A DNA stretch of 63,008 nucleotides, filler included, from Globobulimina sp. (Eukaryota), in NCBI GenBank assembly GCA_003354225.1. It is 32 parts of 32 records of this genome, joined end to end, with 100 filler letters (N's around TTAATTAATTAA, not from the genome) between each part and the next. Parts side by side here need not be neighbours in the genome. Positions count along the whole stretch, not along the records: positions 1 to 1,874 come from PIVH01011017.1; positions 1,975 to 3,848 come from PIVH01011018.1; positions 3,949 to 5,822 come from PIVH01011019.1; positions 5,923 to 7,796 come from PIVH01011020.1; positions 7,897 to 9,769 come from PIVH01011021.1; positions 9,870 to 11,742 come from PIVH01011022.1; positions 11,843 to 13,715 come from PIVH01011023.1; 25 more parts are not named here. One strand, given 5' to 3'. Of the stretch, positions 1-11,844 are shown piece after piece (position 1 is the first letter of the stretch; each line of letters begins with the position of its first letter). The position numbers and the translations under genes are program-made. The notes beneath the pieces were generated by a model, which was not told the DNA's origin, made no database searches, and worked only from the letters and a program-made list of their open reading frames with translations.

Positions 1-272
1 TTACTCACATATTGCCCGTCAGATGTTTCGCTTGTCTCGCGAAGCACAATTAAGCAACAATCTATGCGCAATTTTGATGCGCAGTTTGTTGACAAATGCG
101 CAATTTGCGAGCAATCTATCCATGGTTTTTGGGTGGCTTTTTGACATCACCTCTTAGTCAACGCATCAACAATAAAAATTCTGTGCCCACGCAGTACCAC
201 TAAGAAATTCTGCCTCGACATGGCCAGTGAGTGAGGTAGGAAGGAGAAAGTTCGAACGAAAGATTCATCACC

Positions 273-1300
273 ATAACAATTAAATCAACAGTCCAATTGC
301 GACAAAATTTGGTACGGTTAATTGACAGTCCGTAAGGTTTTAACACTAAAAGTGCATATTATGTGAATATAAAGGAAAGAATGATATAATCATTTTTGGT
401 ACAGACCAAACAATATAAAAACTGTACGTACGTATAAACGAGGCAAAACTGTTCGTAGAGCACAAAGGCATAATAATCGTTCTTAACTTTTGCTATCAGC
501 TAGTCAAGGCATCAACTGGAAAAATACTGTACCAACAAAATAACAGTAAGAAATTTTAGTGTGACATAGTCAGCCAGTAACCTGGCAAGAAGAAAATTTC
601 AACCAAACATTCGTTAGTATAACAATTAAAAGAAAGGTGTAATTGCGACGAAAACTTGGTACAATTACTTTACAGTAGGTCACACATATTTACAAACACT
701 ACTGATTTCGTTTGATTCCCTGCTTTCTTTTCCAGACACCAATTTTTATTCCATTTTCTGCATTAGCTGAGTACAAACATCAATGAAAGTTCAAAGATGA
801 ATCCAAAAAATACAACACTGTTAGTCTATCTCTATGTCTATCTCTCAAATGTCGGTTTGTCTATGTGTTTATCTATATGTCCGTGTATCTGTGTGTCTAT
901 TTTTCTGTCTATCTTTTTGTCTGTCTGTATATCTCGCTGTATGCTTATGCATGTGTATGTGTGTCTCTTTCTATATCACTCTTAGTGTTTGTCTGTGTAT
1001 CCTTTTGTCTGTCTGTCTATCTCTTTATGTGCTTATGTATGTATCTGTGTCTCTGTTTGTATATTAGTCAACGTGTCTATCTCTCTACCTATCTGTCTCT
1101 CTATCTGACTGTTTGTCTGCTTTTCTGTGTATCTGTGTGTCTCTCTGACTGTCTGTTTGTTTGTCTCTCTCTCTCTCTGTCTACTGTTAATTGACAGGCC
1201 GTAAGGTTTTAACAGTAAAAGTCGATATTATGTGAATATAAAAGCAAACAATGATATAATCACTTTCGTAGAGATCAAACAATATAAGAACTGTATGTAG
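273..1300 (+). repeat. Diverged direct repeats: ~312-434 vs ~1181-1300, and ~273-329 vs ~619-676
   Basis: gttaattgacagNccgtaaggttttaacaNtaaaagt...tattatgtgaatataaa...caaacaatataa...actgta occurs twice; ataacaattaaa...aattgcgac...ttggtac occurs twice. Confidence 0.8.
824..1185. repeat. Degenerate (TCTG/TCTA/TG)n microsatellite
   Basis: Continuous pyrimidine/TG simple repeat; explains the spurious C/L/S/V-rich ORFs. Confidence 0.9.
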
Positions 1301-1874
1301 TTATATGAATGTCAGCACCAGGATTGCATCTGTTTCGACACATAGGATAACCGACTTGATCGCATTTACGTGGCTTCCCGGATAAACCTTTTTGACATAT
1401 TTGGGGATCGTCTGTATGGGCTAAACCTTCATTGTAAACTGGCTATCTAATCGATAAAGTTTGAGACAGGACAGCTTTTCCGATATAGCATATTATTATT
1501 ATGCCTGGCACATGTCAAAGTACGCTGTATCAGCGCCGTTTCGAACGCAATACTTTGATGACTGCTTGGCATGTCTAGCATATAGTCAGAACAAGATTCA
1601 GCTTAATTTATTCTTTTAGTGCGCTGTCTGCTTTAAAGCGTTTCCTCTTCGTACGGAAACTGATGGTTTTACTTGCAATGTGAGAGTTAGTGTGTATCTT
1701 GACCTCCCAGCTGCACCAGCCTAGTCTGCCAGTCCTTAGTAAGCCTTTATTATTTTAATCTTTTTAACTTATAAATCAGTCTCTAGGCAGTTATTATTAT
1801 TATAATAATTTTCAGCACTTTGTGACTGATCCTTCTTCATCGTCATCATCTGCGATTCCCTCAATTGCCACTAC

Positions 1875-1974
1875 NNNNNNNNNNNNNNNNNNNNNNNNNN
1901 NNNNNNNNNNNNNNNNNNTTAATTAATTAANNNNNNNNNNNNNNNNNNNNNNNNNNNNNNNNNNNNNNNNNNNN
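1875..1974. other. Artificial contig spacer N44-TTAATTAATTAA-N44, the first of 31 (the rest start every ~1972 bp, from 3849 to 61039)
   Basis: Identical 100-bp blocks with a stop-in-all-frames linker; the contigs between them decrease steadily from 1874 to 1870 bp. Confidence 0.99.
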
Positions 1975-3848
1975 AACCATGACGAATATCATTTGGAAGC
2001 ATTTTGTTTTATGGCGTGTTTGATTAACTATCCGCCGATATTTATTATTGAAGACTTCCATGTGACTGATTTTCATTTGTTGCGAAAAGATATCATCGAC
2101 GGAGAGAGGAACAAAGTATGGCAAGTTTTGAAAAAGTTATCTGAGCAAAATGTCGATAAATGGTCCTCCGACAAAAGTGGTTCTGGAAGAGGTGGGAAGG
2201 GCGCTTTGGATAAGAATTTATCGCGACATGCTGCCTCAAGCCGGGAGCGATTTTGTTGCAGAGCTGGTCGCGATACGTGTTTTATGGACATTTATATTGA
2301 TATGTACTTTAATGTGGATCTCTTGAATCAACTGAAAAAACAGGAAGTAGGCTGCAGTACGAATAGATATGAATGGGTCAAAACTATTAAAATAACGCCA
2401 CTCTTTTATCATTTAGTAGTGGACCAAGAGAAATCGTGTCGAATGTTTCGATTAAAAGCGCATTTACGGAGGTCTGCGGTTACATTTTTACGGCTGGAAT
2501 TCCAATCAGCTCAACGCAAACCGCGCTGGTCTGAAGAATGGGAGTATGGCTCCTTTACACGACAGCAAGTGTATAATATGTTAACTTATGGCTTTTCCTG
2601 TGGCGCCAAATATGAATTTTTCTTTTTTTCTGATGGCCAGTTGCGCGAAAAGGTATGTTGGATGTATTCGTGCCAATTATCGAGAAACTTCAATTCCATC
2701 AAAGCTGTGCGAAACAATATGGGCAACTTTGAGAAAATACGCAATCCCGGAAAGAAAATGTCGAGAATGGGACTATATAACACCAAATCTACGCAAATCG
2801 CCACTGTAAAGTACTCGCAAGTGGAGTTTGTGGACGATCCCGTGGCCAAAGACGGCATCGAACTCACTGATGGATGCTCGATAATTAGTAAACAAATCGT
2901 GGATGAAAAGGTGGATAGAAATGTAGTGTCAATGTTGGCGCGGTTGGGAGGCGCTAAGTGTATGTTGATAGCATTGCCGAATGAATGGATTCGAACAGTA
3001 ATTAAAACGGATCAGAAAAATAAAAGAGAGATATTATTAAAGAAAATTAATCAGGAAAAGTCCAACGAAAATAAAGTAAAACTGCTCAAGCAGATATTGC
3101 AAGATAATGAAAACCGCAATTTCGACGCTGATGTGGTGATTACAAAGTCGTCGAATAAGTTTACATTCGATAAATATACGTTGGAGATCGGAGTAAAAAC
3201 AGTGACTGAGAGTTCCGGTGCATTGATCAACAAAGAATTCATCGGTGCGGCATATTGTCATTTTTATTTGAAAAAAGAAGAGAAAGCGTTTGAACAAACA
3301 TTACAGAAATATGCTTTATTATGGTTTGACATTTTGAATGGAGCGAGAAGGCCAAAAAATGGAAATAGGTTTGCCCGGATTGACCGTAAAAGTGCCGAGA
3401 TATTCTTACATTGCAACAAACATAAAGGAAGACATAAATTTTTATTATTTGATATGGGTTTGGTGAAAAGCGCCATTCGGGAGAATCAGCGTAGAGACCG
3501 CCGTAAATTTTGGCTGAAAAAATATCAAATTCGAGATCTTGAGTGGTTGTCTCGTATACGGGGTGAAGCTGACAGATGTAGTAACATTGCGACAGAGTGT
3601 TGGGTGAAGTTAGTGCGAAAACTTGGCATTTTTCTACCATGGCCTTCATGTCGAATGGAAGGTGTTGCAGATTGGACAGGTACGCTCTCAGAAAATGAGA
3701 TATTTTTGAAAGTCGAAGTACCACCAACTGTACAAATATGGTGCAAGAAATGTAACGCAAAACAACTGGAACCTTTGGAGCCGGTTTGTTCGAATCAATT
3801 TTGTAAAACACCGCGCCCAAAATATCTGGTATACGAAGGCCAATGCGG
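1975..3848 (+). CDS. Cellular RNA-dependent RNA polymerase (RDR/QDE-1 family), partial at both ends
   Basis: Motifs in RDR order: FFFFSDGQLREKVCW, FEKIRNPGKKMSRMG, TDGCSIIS, ARLGGAKCML, RMEGVADWTGTLSENEIF; the DLDGD motif would lie beyond the contig end. Confidence 0.88.
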
Positions 3849-3991
3849 NNNNNNNNNNNNNNNNNNNNNNNNNNNNNNNNNNNNNNNNNNNNTTAATTAA
3901 TTAANNNNNNNNNNNNNNNNNNNNNNNNNNNNNNNNNNNNNNNNNNNNTCGAAGTACATACAATCTACAAATTATAATATGTATTAAACCA

Positions 3992-5740
3992 GTGCCATAT
4001 TTTGCTTTTTCTCTGTTGGAATGGGTCGGCGATGGCACATATACAGTCCAATAATATTACATGTGTGGGACACTGCGACGGATATCGGTGTTATCATTGA
4101 TTGGCTGCAAGTTGCCGAAATTCAAACATTTTGGACCCACGACGTAACCTCATTATATTATGCTGTTTTGGCAATTTTATCCATAGCAATGTACCGTGTG
4201 ATCAGCGGCATTGCAATATGGAGAACATTAGGATGGAAATCCGGTGTTGCACAGTTTTTGGATGTAATGGTTTACAGAGAAGTATATGAAGCCTATGTGG
4301 ACGAAAAAATAAGGCCAACTATGCATTTTAGATGGATTCGAAAAATGGAAGGTATGTTTACGTGTGACAACTGTGCGGAATTCATGTCAATATAACAAAC
4401 ATATCGCACAGCAAATTTTGAAAGTTTCTGGCAAAGTCTTATTCAAACGGTATGGATCTTGAAGACTGAAGGCTTTGTTACTCCTTTGATGATATCTTCC
4501 ATTGTGTTGTCTGTATATTCCATCTCAAGCTCTATAATAAAAGACGATGAGTGGAAATTTGGAGGTACTGTATATGTTATTTGTTGCTCTGACATACTGC
4601 ATATAAAATGTGTACATAACAGGTAAGGACGGTAACTTCAGGAAAAAATGTCCGCCACATCCAAAATTTTTGGTGCGTTCTGCGTTCAGAATCAGCGAAG
4701 TGTTGGCCAGGTTATCCATAATGTCCTTGTTATGGCTGAAAACAACGGGGTATTATCTAAGTGGATGGTGTATATATCAGGGAATATTTTATTTGATGTT
4801 GTATAAACAACATAAATTAGGCAAAGATCCTGGCAATGCGTTCGCGATAATTATTGGTTATCCAAACCTGTCGTATCGAGACAACGATTATGTTAATTTT
4901 GTGTTGATGTTTACATATTTATCTATATTTATGATGATTGTTTTTGTGAAATAGCGAGAATTGAATTGGTTGATACAATTATTTGGAACATTAACTCTTT
5001 GGACACCGTTTTCTTATATTTGCAGGAGCAATGTAACGATTTTTTATGCAGCACGATTTAGCGAGAATTTTATTATTTTAATTGGATGTTTGGTGCTTGA
5101 GATGTTGTCATGGCGTCGGGATGACTGCGCGAAGCTATTTTTGTGTGTAGATATGTTCTTTTTCGGTGCTGCTATTGTTGGTATATTGTGCAATACATTT
5201 TTAATACGGATATATTTCAGTAAGATCCGAAGGTATTTGCATGAGATTGAGTATGGATTAAATTTGGATATTTGGGGTGTTTTAAAACAATCAGTGGAAG
5301 ATATAGATTTGTTGCGCCGTTTTATAAAGCGAGCTCCGACCACAATCAATAAAATAAATGTCGATGGAATGACGACTTTAATGGAAGCATCGAAACATAG
5401 CGATTTGACCGTATTGTTGTGTATATTGCACGGTGATGTTTATTATGATAAGAAAGCTTTGTTAACGGAGACAGTGACTGCGTTACAAAGGTTTGCATAC
5501 AATAAACAACAAAGAATGTTACACTTTAAAAAGCGAAAAGGAGATAAATGGCTGGCACCAAATGGATATATACGAGATAATGTAGGAAGGAGTTGTATTT
5601 ATTATCTGATGAAACAACATGCAAAATATCGTCAAACCATTTACAGGAATAATATTTGGAAACAAAATAAAGATTTCGAGGTATACTGTATATTAATTTG
5701 TAATAGACCTTTGGAATTTATCCGGTCGAATTCGCCTTGA
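3992..5740 (+). CDS. XK-related (Xkr scramblase-like) membrane protein with C-terminal ankyrin-like repeats; multi-exon, partial, boundaries approximate
   Basis: WDTATDIGVI; removing intron 4352-4411 gives MEANFESFWQSLIQT; FRISEVLARLSIMSLLW; ankyrin-like NKINVDGMTTLMEASKH and RDNVGRSCIYY. Confidence 0.7.
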
Positions 5741-6153
5741 GTTCGAGTGCTTGAAACCTATGGTGGAGTGTATATGATCTCTAAAGGGGTTTGTATGCAA
5801 ATATATTTCTCTACATCGAGTCNNNNNNNNNNNNNNNNNNNNNNNNNNNNNNNNNNNNNNNNNNNNTTAATTAATTAANNNNNNNNNNNNNNNNNNNNNN
5901 NNNNNNNNNNNNNNNNNNNNNNAGGCAAAGTCGAGTATCATCATTGGGTATTAAATTAAATATAAATAATACAAAAAATATTGAATTATTAAAACCTATG
6001 AATAGTGTCAATGAATGGAATGAATTCTCCGAATGGATGGGTGATAATATTAATGTCACAAAAAAAGTCAAAAACTCAAAGTGTAACTTACTACAAAATG
6101 TATTGTCCAAAGCAAGATAATGCAGCCTTGAAATTGATGGATTTAAGAATGAG

Positions 6154-7272
6154 ATGTTATATTTATTTAATAAATTAAATGATGATATTATTAACGATAC
6201 TGTGTTGTTTGGAAGAATATCACTAAGACATGAACAACAAATTAAAACATTTGCAAATAATCAAAAAATATGGATTGAAATGAAAATAAAATACGAGGAT
6301 ATTATAAATAAATTGGAACAAAATGAAGAAAATATCAGAGAGCAATTTAGTGAATTTAAGAGGGAAAATGTTGGAAAATTGAAAGAGATAATTATTGAAA
6401 GAAATGAATTAAAATTAAAATTAAATTCACAGAATGATGTTTCATTGAAATATAACAATCGATTACAAGATTTATTGGAAAAATTAAAATGTGCTGAGAA
6501 TGAACGTGAAACTTTGAAAATTGAGATAAAAAATTTGAAACAAAAAAAAGTGGAATTTGTATCGAAAGAATGTGATCGATTAAGAATAAAATTGGAAGAC
6601 AAACAACAGGAAATTAGTGATTTTTGTGATGCTTTTAATAAATCACAAAATATCATTGAAAAATTAATGAAATATATTGTTGAATTGAAAGAAAAGCAAA
6701 AAACAAAAAGTTTTGATGCGAATATTGATGAGAAACAAGAAATAATCCGAGAATTATTGAATAAAAATCAGAAGATGACAGTTGAAATAATTAATGATGA
6801 AAACATTGGATGTGATGATAAATTATCTGTTTTAAAACAGTGGAATCAAACTATTGTTACTGAACTGAAATATGCAATTTCGGAAAAGAATGACTTAAAA
6901 TATAATAATATTTTGATGAATGATCAACTGAGAAAAGGCAACATAGTGTTGGGTAAAATGATGGAACGGTTGAAATTGTATGAAACAACGGTTGGTGATA
7001 CAAAACAATATGATGGTAATTTGAGTGAAGAAAATGCGATGAAATTAACAGAAATGAATGTTGTTCGAAATGTATATGAAAATAAAATAGATATTCAATC
7101 AAAAGAAATTCAGAGATTAAGTAAAGAGAATTGTGATTTAAGAGAGGAAATGGAAGCAATGAAAAGATTGATAGAATGTGAAAATTTGAAAAATGATAAT
7201 GTTAAAAATGGCATACATATAGAAAGCGAAAGATGTCAATTAGAACAATTGCATGATCTTCAAATTATTTAG
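6154..7272 (+). CDS. Long coiled-coil protein of unknown function
   Basis: 372-aa E/K/N/L-rich heptad ORF. Confidence 0.6.
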   Translation: MLYLFNKLNDDIINDTVLFGRISLRHEQQIKTFANNQKIWIEMKIKYEDIINKLEQNEENIREQFSEFKRENVGKLKEIIIERNELKLKLNSQNDVSLKYNNRLQDLLEKLKCAENERETLKIEIKNLKQKKVEFVSKECDRLRIKLEDKQQEISDFCDAFNKSQNIIEKLMKYIVELKEKQKTKSFDANIDEKQEIIRELLNKNQKMTVEIINDENIGCDDKLSVLKQWNQTIVTELKYAISEKNDLKYNNILMNDQLRKGNIVLGKMMERLKLYETTVGDTKQYDGNLSEENAMKLTEMNVVRNVYENKIDIQSKEIQRLSKENCDLREEMEAMKRLIECENLKNDNVKNGIHIESERCQLEQLHDLQII

Positions 7273-8193
7273 TGCTGGCGTTACTTATTACATTTTCAGT
7301 TTTATAACAACATGCTATTTTATTTTGTTTGAGAAAAGTTATTTTTTTTGTCATATACATAAAAGGCCGTGATGAATACAAAAATGAAATGAAGGCGTTG
7401 ATGATTTTCTCAAACCTCCACAAAATAATCACCAAAAAAAAAACCCCACCAACCCAACTTTTCACATTTCCCTTTCACATTTCCCTTTCACAACACCAAA
7501 TTCCTCTGTCCTCACTAACAATATAAATACTATATATATTGCTGTATTTCATCGTGTTGCAGCAGACAAATTCAAACAATATACAAAAAAACACAAAAGT
7601 AAACTTCCACATTTGATATTCACAAATTCAGTGACATATCCAATTACAGTTAATCCATACATTTCTTATACGCAATAACGCACCATTATACACCTGAAAT
7701 CGTATACATTATACAGATTATATTATTAACGCAAATTAATTGTAGATAACATATTGGTTTAAAGCCAAACGTGCATGTTGTCAATTTTAAAGATGANNNN
7801 NNNNNNNNNNNNNNNNNNNNNNNNNNNNNNNNNNNNNNNNTTAATTAATTAANNNNNNNNNNNNNNNNNNNNNNNNNNNNNNNNNNNNNNNNNNNNCAGT
7901 TTCTGCAAAGTATATCTGTGATTACAATGCATATGTTTGCACACAGAAACACGCGTTTTTATAATTTTCTGTGTGTAATTCAAATGATATCGTAATATTT
8001 AAGCGGAGAACAAATACAAAACACCGTGGAAACACTTTTAACACAATGCTACTTTGATGAATTATATAAACACAGATTGGACACTAATACTTTAGAATAG
8101 GACTTGTTTGAAACACTGCTCATCACCATCTCCTAACAAAACGACTTGCGAATTTGCGGATTTTAAAAGTATGTGTTTCAAACAGGTCCTATT

Positions 8194-8433
8194 CTAAAGT
8201 ATATAATATAGAGGCATGCACTGACCCAATTTAGCGTTTTCATTGGAATTTAATGAATCAATGTTGATCTCATTCGCAATTAACGATTCTACATCTTCTA
8301 AATTTGTAAAATATGTTGATGTTGATTGAGTTGGCATAGTGTTCGATATCGACTCAGTAGATTGTGATGACTTAGTATACATTATACATATCAATAATAT
8401 AAGTGCTAACTCGAGACTTTGAAAAGAACACAT
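8194..8433 (-). CDS. First exon of a probable secreted protein
   Basis: ATG followed by hydrophobic LELALILLICIMY and an S/T-rich segment. Confidence 0.35.
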   Translation of the reverse strand: MCSFQSLELALILLICIMYTKSSQSTESISNTMPTQSTSTYFTNLEDVESLIANEINIDSLNSNENAKLGQCMPLYYIL

Positions 8434-8692
8434 TGTTGGTTACATGTTTTTTGCTTTGTTTTTTATTGTCCAAAACTCGTCGGCCATGACAACACAAAAA
8501 ATTACTCGTACCATTGTTGTGGATGCAGTGTCTGCAACAAAAACGAATATTCATCCAGATTATAAAAATAAGAATATGCATGGATTTAAAACATAAAACA
8601 ATAAATATGTTACAAACAAAACACAAAATAAATAATTACTATTATTAGAAGGTATTATATTTATATAAACAAACTAAAATCTCTTTTTTTTT

Positions 8693-9769
8693 TCAAGTAA
8701 CATTTGATTTTATTGTGTTAACCATATGAACTACATCGCCATCACCATCATAGCCCTCTGCCTGTTCTCCAGAATAATTATCATTTGCCAATGCTCCCGG
8801 TTCAGGTCCAATCAATTCAACATATCCTTTTGTAACATTATCATCTTTCGATGTTACCATATCTGTCGCATTGCCAATACCATCATATTGCTGCTCTTCG
8901 CTGACTGGTTTGCCGGATATGTGACTTGATAGCAGTTCTCTCTTTAAATCATTGTTTGCGTGTTTCAAGCGTTGTACTTTCTTTTTTTGCAACAAAAATA
9001 ATCCACCCAACACCAAAAACAATGCGATAACAACTACCAAGGTTATGATTGTGGGAGATAATGTTTTTGACGATTTAGTGTCGCGCATTGACAATGTAGT
9101 ATATTGAGTGAGCTGTGTTTGTGTGGCAGAATGTGAAATGGCTGGACTTTGGCTTGGAATTATTGCATTTTCAATTGTTGGTTTCATTGTTGGTGATAAT
9201 GATGGAATGGTTGGGTGAAATGTTGGATTTATTGTTGGTGTCATTGTAGGTGCAATGGACGGAGCCACTGTCGGTGCTGAACTTGGAGCTAAAATTGGTG
9301 CTGAACTCGGAGCTAAAATTGGTGATATTGTTGGTGCAAATGTCGGTGCTGAACTTGGAGCTAAAATAGGTGCAATGGATGGTGTTTGTGTTGGTGCTGC
9401 ATACGTAATGTATAAAAATGAATTATATGATTTGCAAAATACATTTTTCGATATATATACAACCTGACGATGGTGCAATAGATGGAGCCAATGTTGGTGC
9501 AAATGAAGGATTATTATTTGGTGCCATTGATGGTGGCGTTGTTGGTGCTGAATATAGATTATGTTTTGTAAAATATAAATATATCGTTACTCAGAGATAT
9601 TAACCTGATGATGGTACAGATGTCGGTGTAAATGATGGTGCCTTTGATGGGAAAGGTGTAGGTGCTGAACTAGGCCAATTTGAAGGGGGAACTGTTGGTG
9701 TTAGAGTGGGTGCAATGGAGGGTGGCTGCGTTGGAGCGAGTGCAGGAGCTAAAATCGGTGCTGTGGAAT
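8693..9769 (-). CDS. Type I membrane protein with a PT/APT (mucin-like) repeat stalk, 5'-partial, multi-exon
   Basis: APSSAPTFAPT repeats over several small exons; TM IIITLVVVIALFLVLGGLFLL followed by KKK. Confidence 0.75.
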
Positions 9770-9869
9770 NNNNNNNNNNNNNNNNNNNNNNNNNNNNNNN
9801 NNNNNNNNNNNNNTTAATTAATTAANNNNNNNNNNNNNNNNNNNNNNNNNNNNNNNNNNNNNNNNNNNN

Positions 9870-11526
9870 GGCATCGATCTGTTATACTTATTAGTATCAT
9901 CGTGCAAGGCAAAAAAACTGTCATTAGATAATCGGGGCCAAGTCATCATTGGCATGCTATTAATCATTGAGGAAAATACATCATTGGATGCCATCTCATT
10001 CAATGATGGTTCAAACATGCTTGAATTCAAAGGTGGCAGTGGTTGTTGTTGTTGCTGCGGCTGCGGCTGCGGCTGTATAGGTCGCCTGTTATTGTTAATA
10101 TTCATGTGATTCAATACTGAAAACGATGTCTGATAACTCTGGTTTAGTACGTTGTTCATATTACCATCTGTTATATGCATGTGCATAATGATTATAATAC
10201 GGAACACAAATTATCTGCGAAAATGCGTATAGGCGTAGGTAACATACGTGGATTACAATAATTTGGCATTGCTGGACCATATCTATTCATATCGTTCGTA
10301 TTCATACTGTGAATAGAATGTGGTGGATGTGCGTCAAATGAGTGATTGTTATGTCTCGGAGATGAGGATGTCGTGGACAATGAACCATTGATATTATCAT
10401 AGCAATTCTCATGTAACAAGGCATTATAATTTAAATTACGTCGGTTAATATGCGCATTGCTATTCATATTCTTTAAATTATCTCGCTCTCTCTCTGCATT
10501 CATTCGCATGCGTCTTTCCGCAGATAACTCGCGTTTTAAATTTAAAAACTGTTTCTTCCAATACTCTGCATCTGCACTCTTGCAATCTCTCTCTTTTTTG
10601 CTGGTACTGCTCGTATTTGTATTTGTATTCGTATTGCAATGAATAGTCTCATCATCATTATTAATGTTAATATTATTGTATCCTAGATATTGTTTCTTAT
10701 ACCGATGGAAATATAGATTCGATTTCCTCTCAAAATAACCGATAGCCTCTTCGAAACAGGATGGAAAGCCTTGAATATATTCGTGGTCCTCGGCGTAGGA
10801 TTGCAAGATCTCTTTTAGTCTCCCTTTCCTTTCAACGCTATTTTTACAGAAAAACGGGGCTTTCTTAGCCTGTTCATGCAATGAGACAGAGCAACGACAT
10901 AATTGTGCCAATACTTCATAGATTACAATGTCATAATACAATTTACCTTTTTCCTCGTTATCTGCAATTAATATTTTGCCAGTTTCGGATATATGTTTTT
11001 CAGCCTCTGAGATAAAAAAAGGGAACAATGTTTTGCCATAATTTGGAGCGCGTCGCCCATTTAACCAATTTTTGGATTTCTTTTCGTATTCTTTTTTCGT
11101 TTTTGGTGCTTTTGGACTGTTATCCACTCTCAAACCTGGCCAATTTAGTAAGAATTTTAAATGTTGCCTTGGTGCCACGTTAGAGATATATTGCTGAGGG
11201 AATTGCAATGTGGGTAGCCCCAAATTCATGTTCATCCGCGTTACACACTGCGTGTATATTCGTATTCAGATTAGATACATATTCAGAAAAGATACATCAC
11301 TCTAAATCTAAATCTAAAACCTACAAAAGGTACATACTTCGTTGATAATGTTTTGGCAACATTCAGATCGGGCCAATATATTTTGAGGTTCTGTAACAAG
11401 TAATTCACGTTTAACTTGTTCATACCATATTTGATATTGAGATTTTCTCTTTTTTTTGTGGAGCAGTGATGTTATGTGTATTGGTTCAGATTCGTTCATG
11501 CACGCAAACCACTTAACTGCTGGCAT
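9870..11526 (-). CDS. Hypothetical protein: globular domain, coiled coil and N/Q-rich tail (transcription-factor-like), multi-exon
   Basis: ORFs 11314-11526, 10192-11235 and 9870-10207 separated by short GT-AG introns. Confidence 0.55.
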
Positions 11527-11844
11527 ACTGATTTATAGGTAATTAATAATACAAAATGCTGATACTGCTAAATTTAAATTCACAAAGAGCTCACGTTAAA
11601 CAAAAACTGTTACTGTTAATATAAAGATAAAAAAATATTTAGATCAAAACAAAAAAAAAAGCAAGTGTTAACAAACCGCATCATCAATTTAATATATTGC
11701 ACTTATATAATACAACTATTTTGAGAGACATAGTTCGCACTGNNNNNNNNNNNNNNNNNNNNNNNNNNNNNNNNNNNNNNNNNNNNTTAATTAATTAANN
11801 NNNNNNNNNNNNNNNNNNNNNNNNNNNNNNNNNNNNNNNNNNGA

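Noticed and set aside
797-1194. Three overlapping Cys/Leu/Val-rich ORFs
   Set aside because: Translations of a microsatellite
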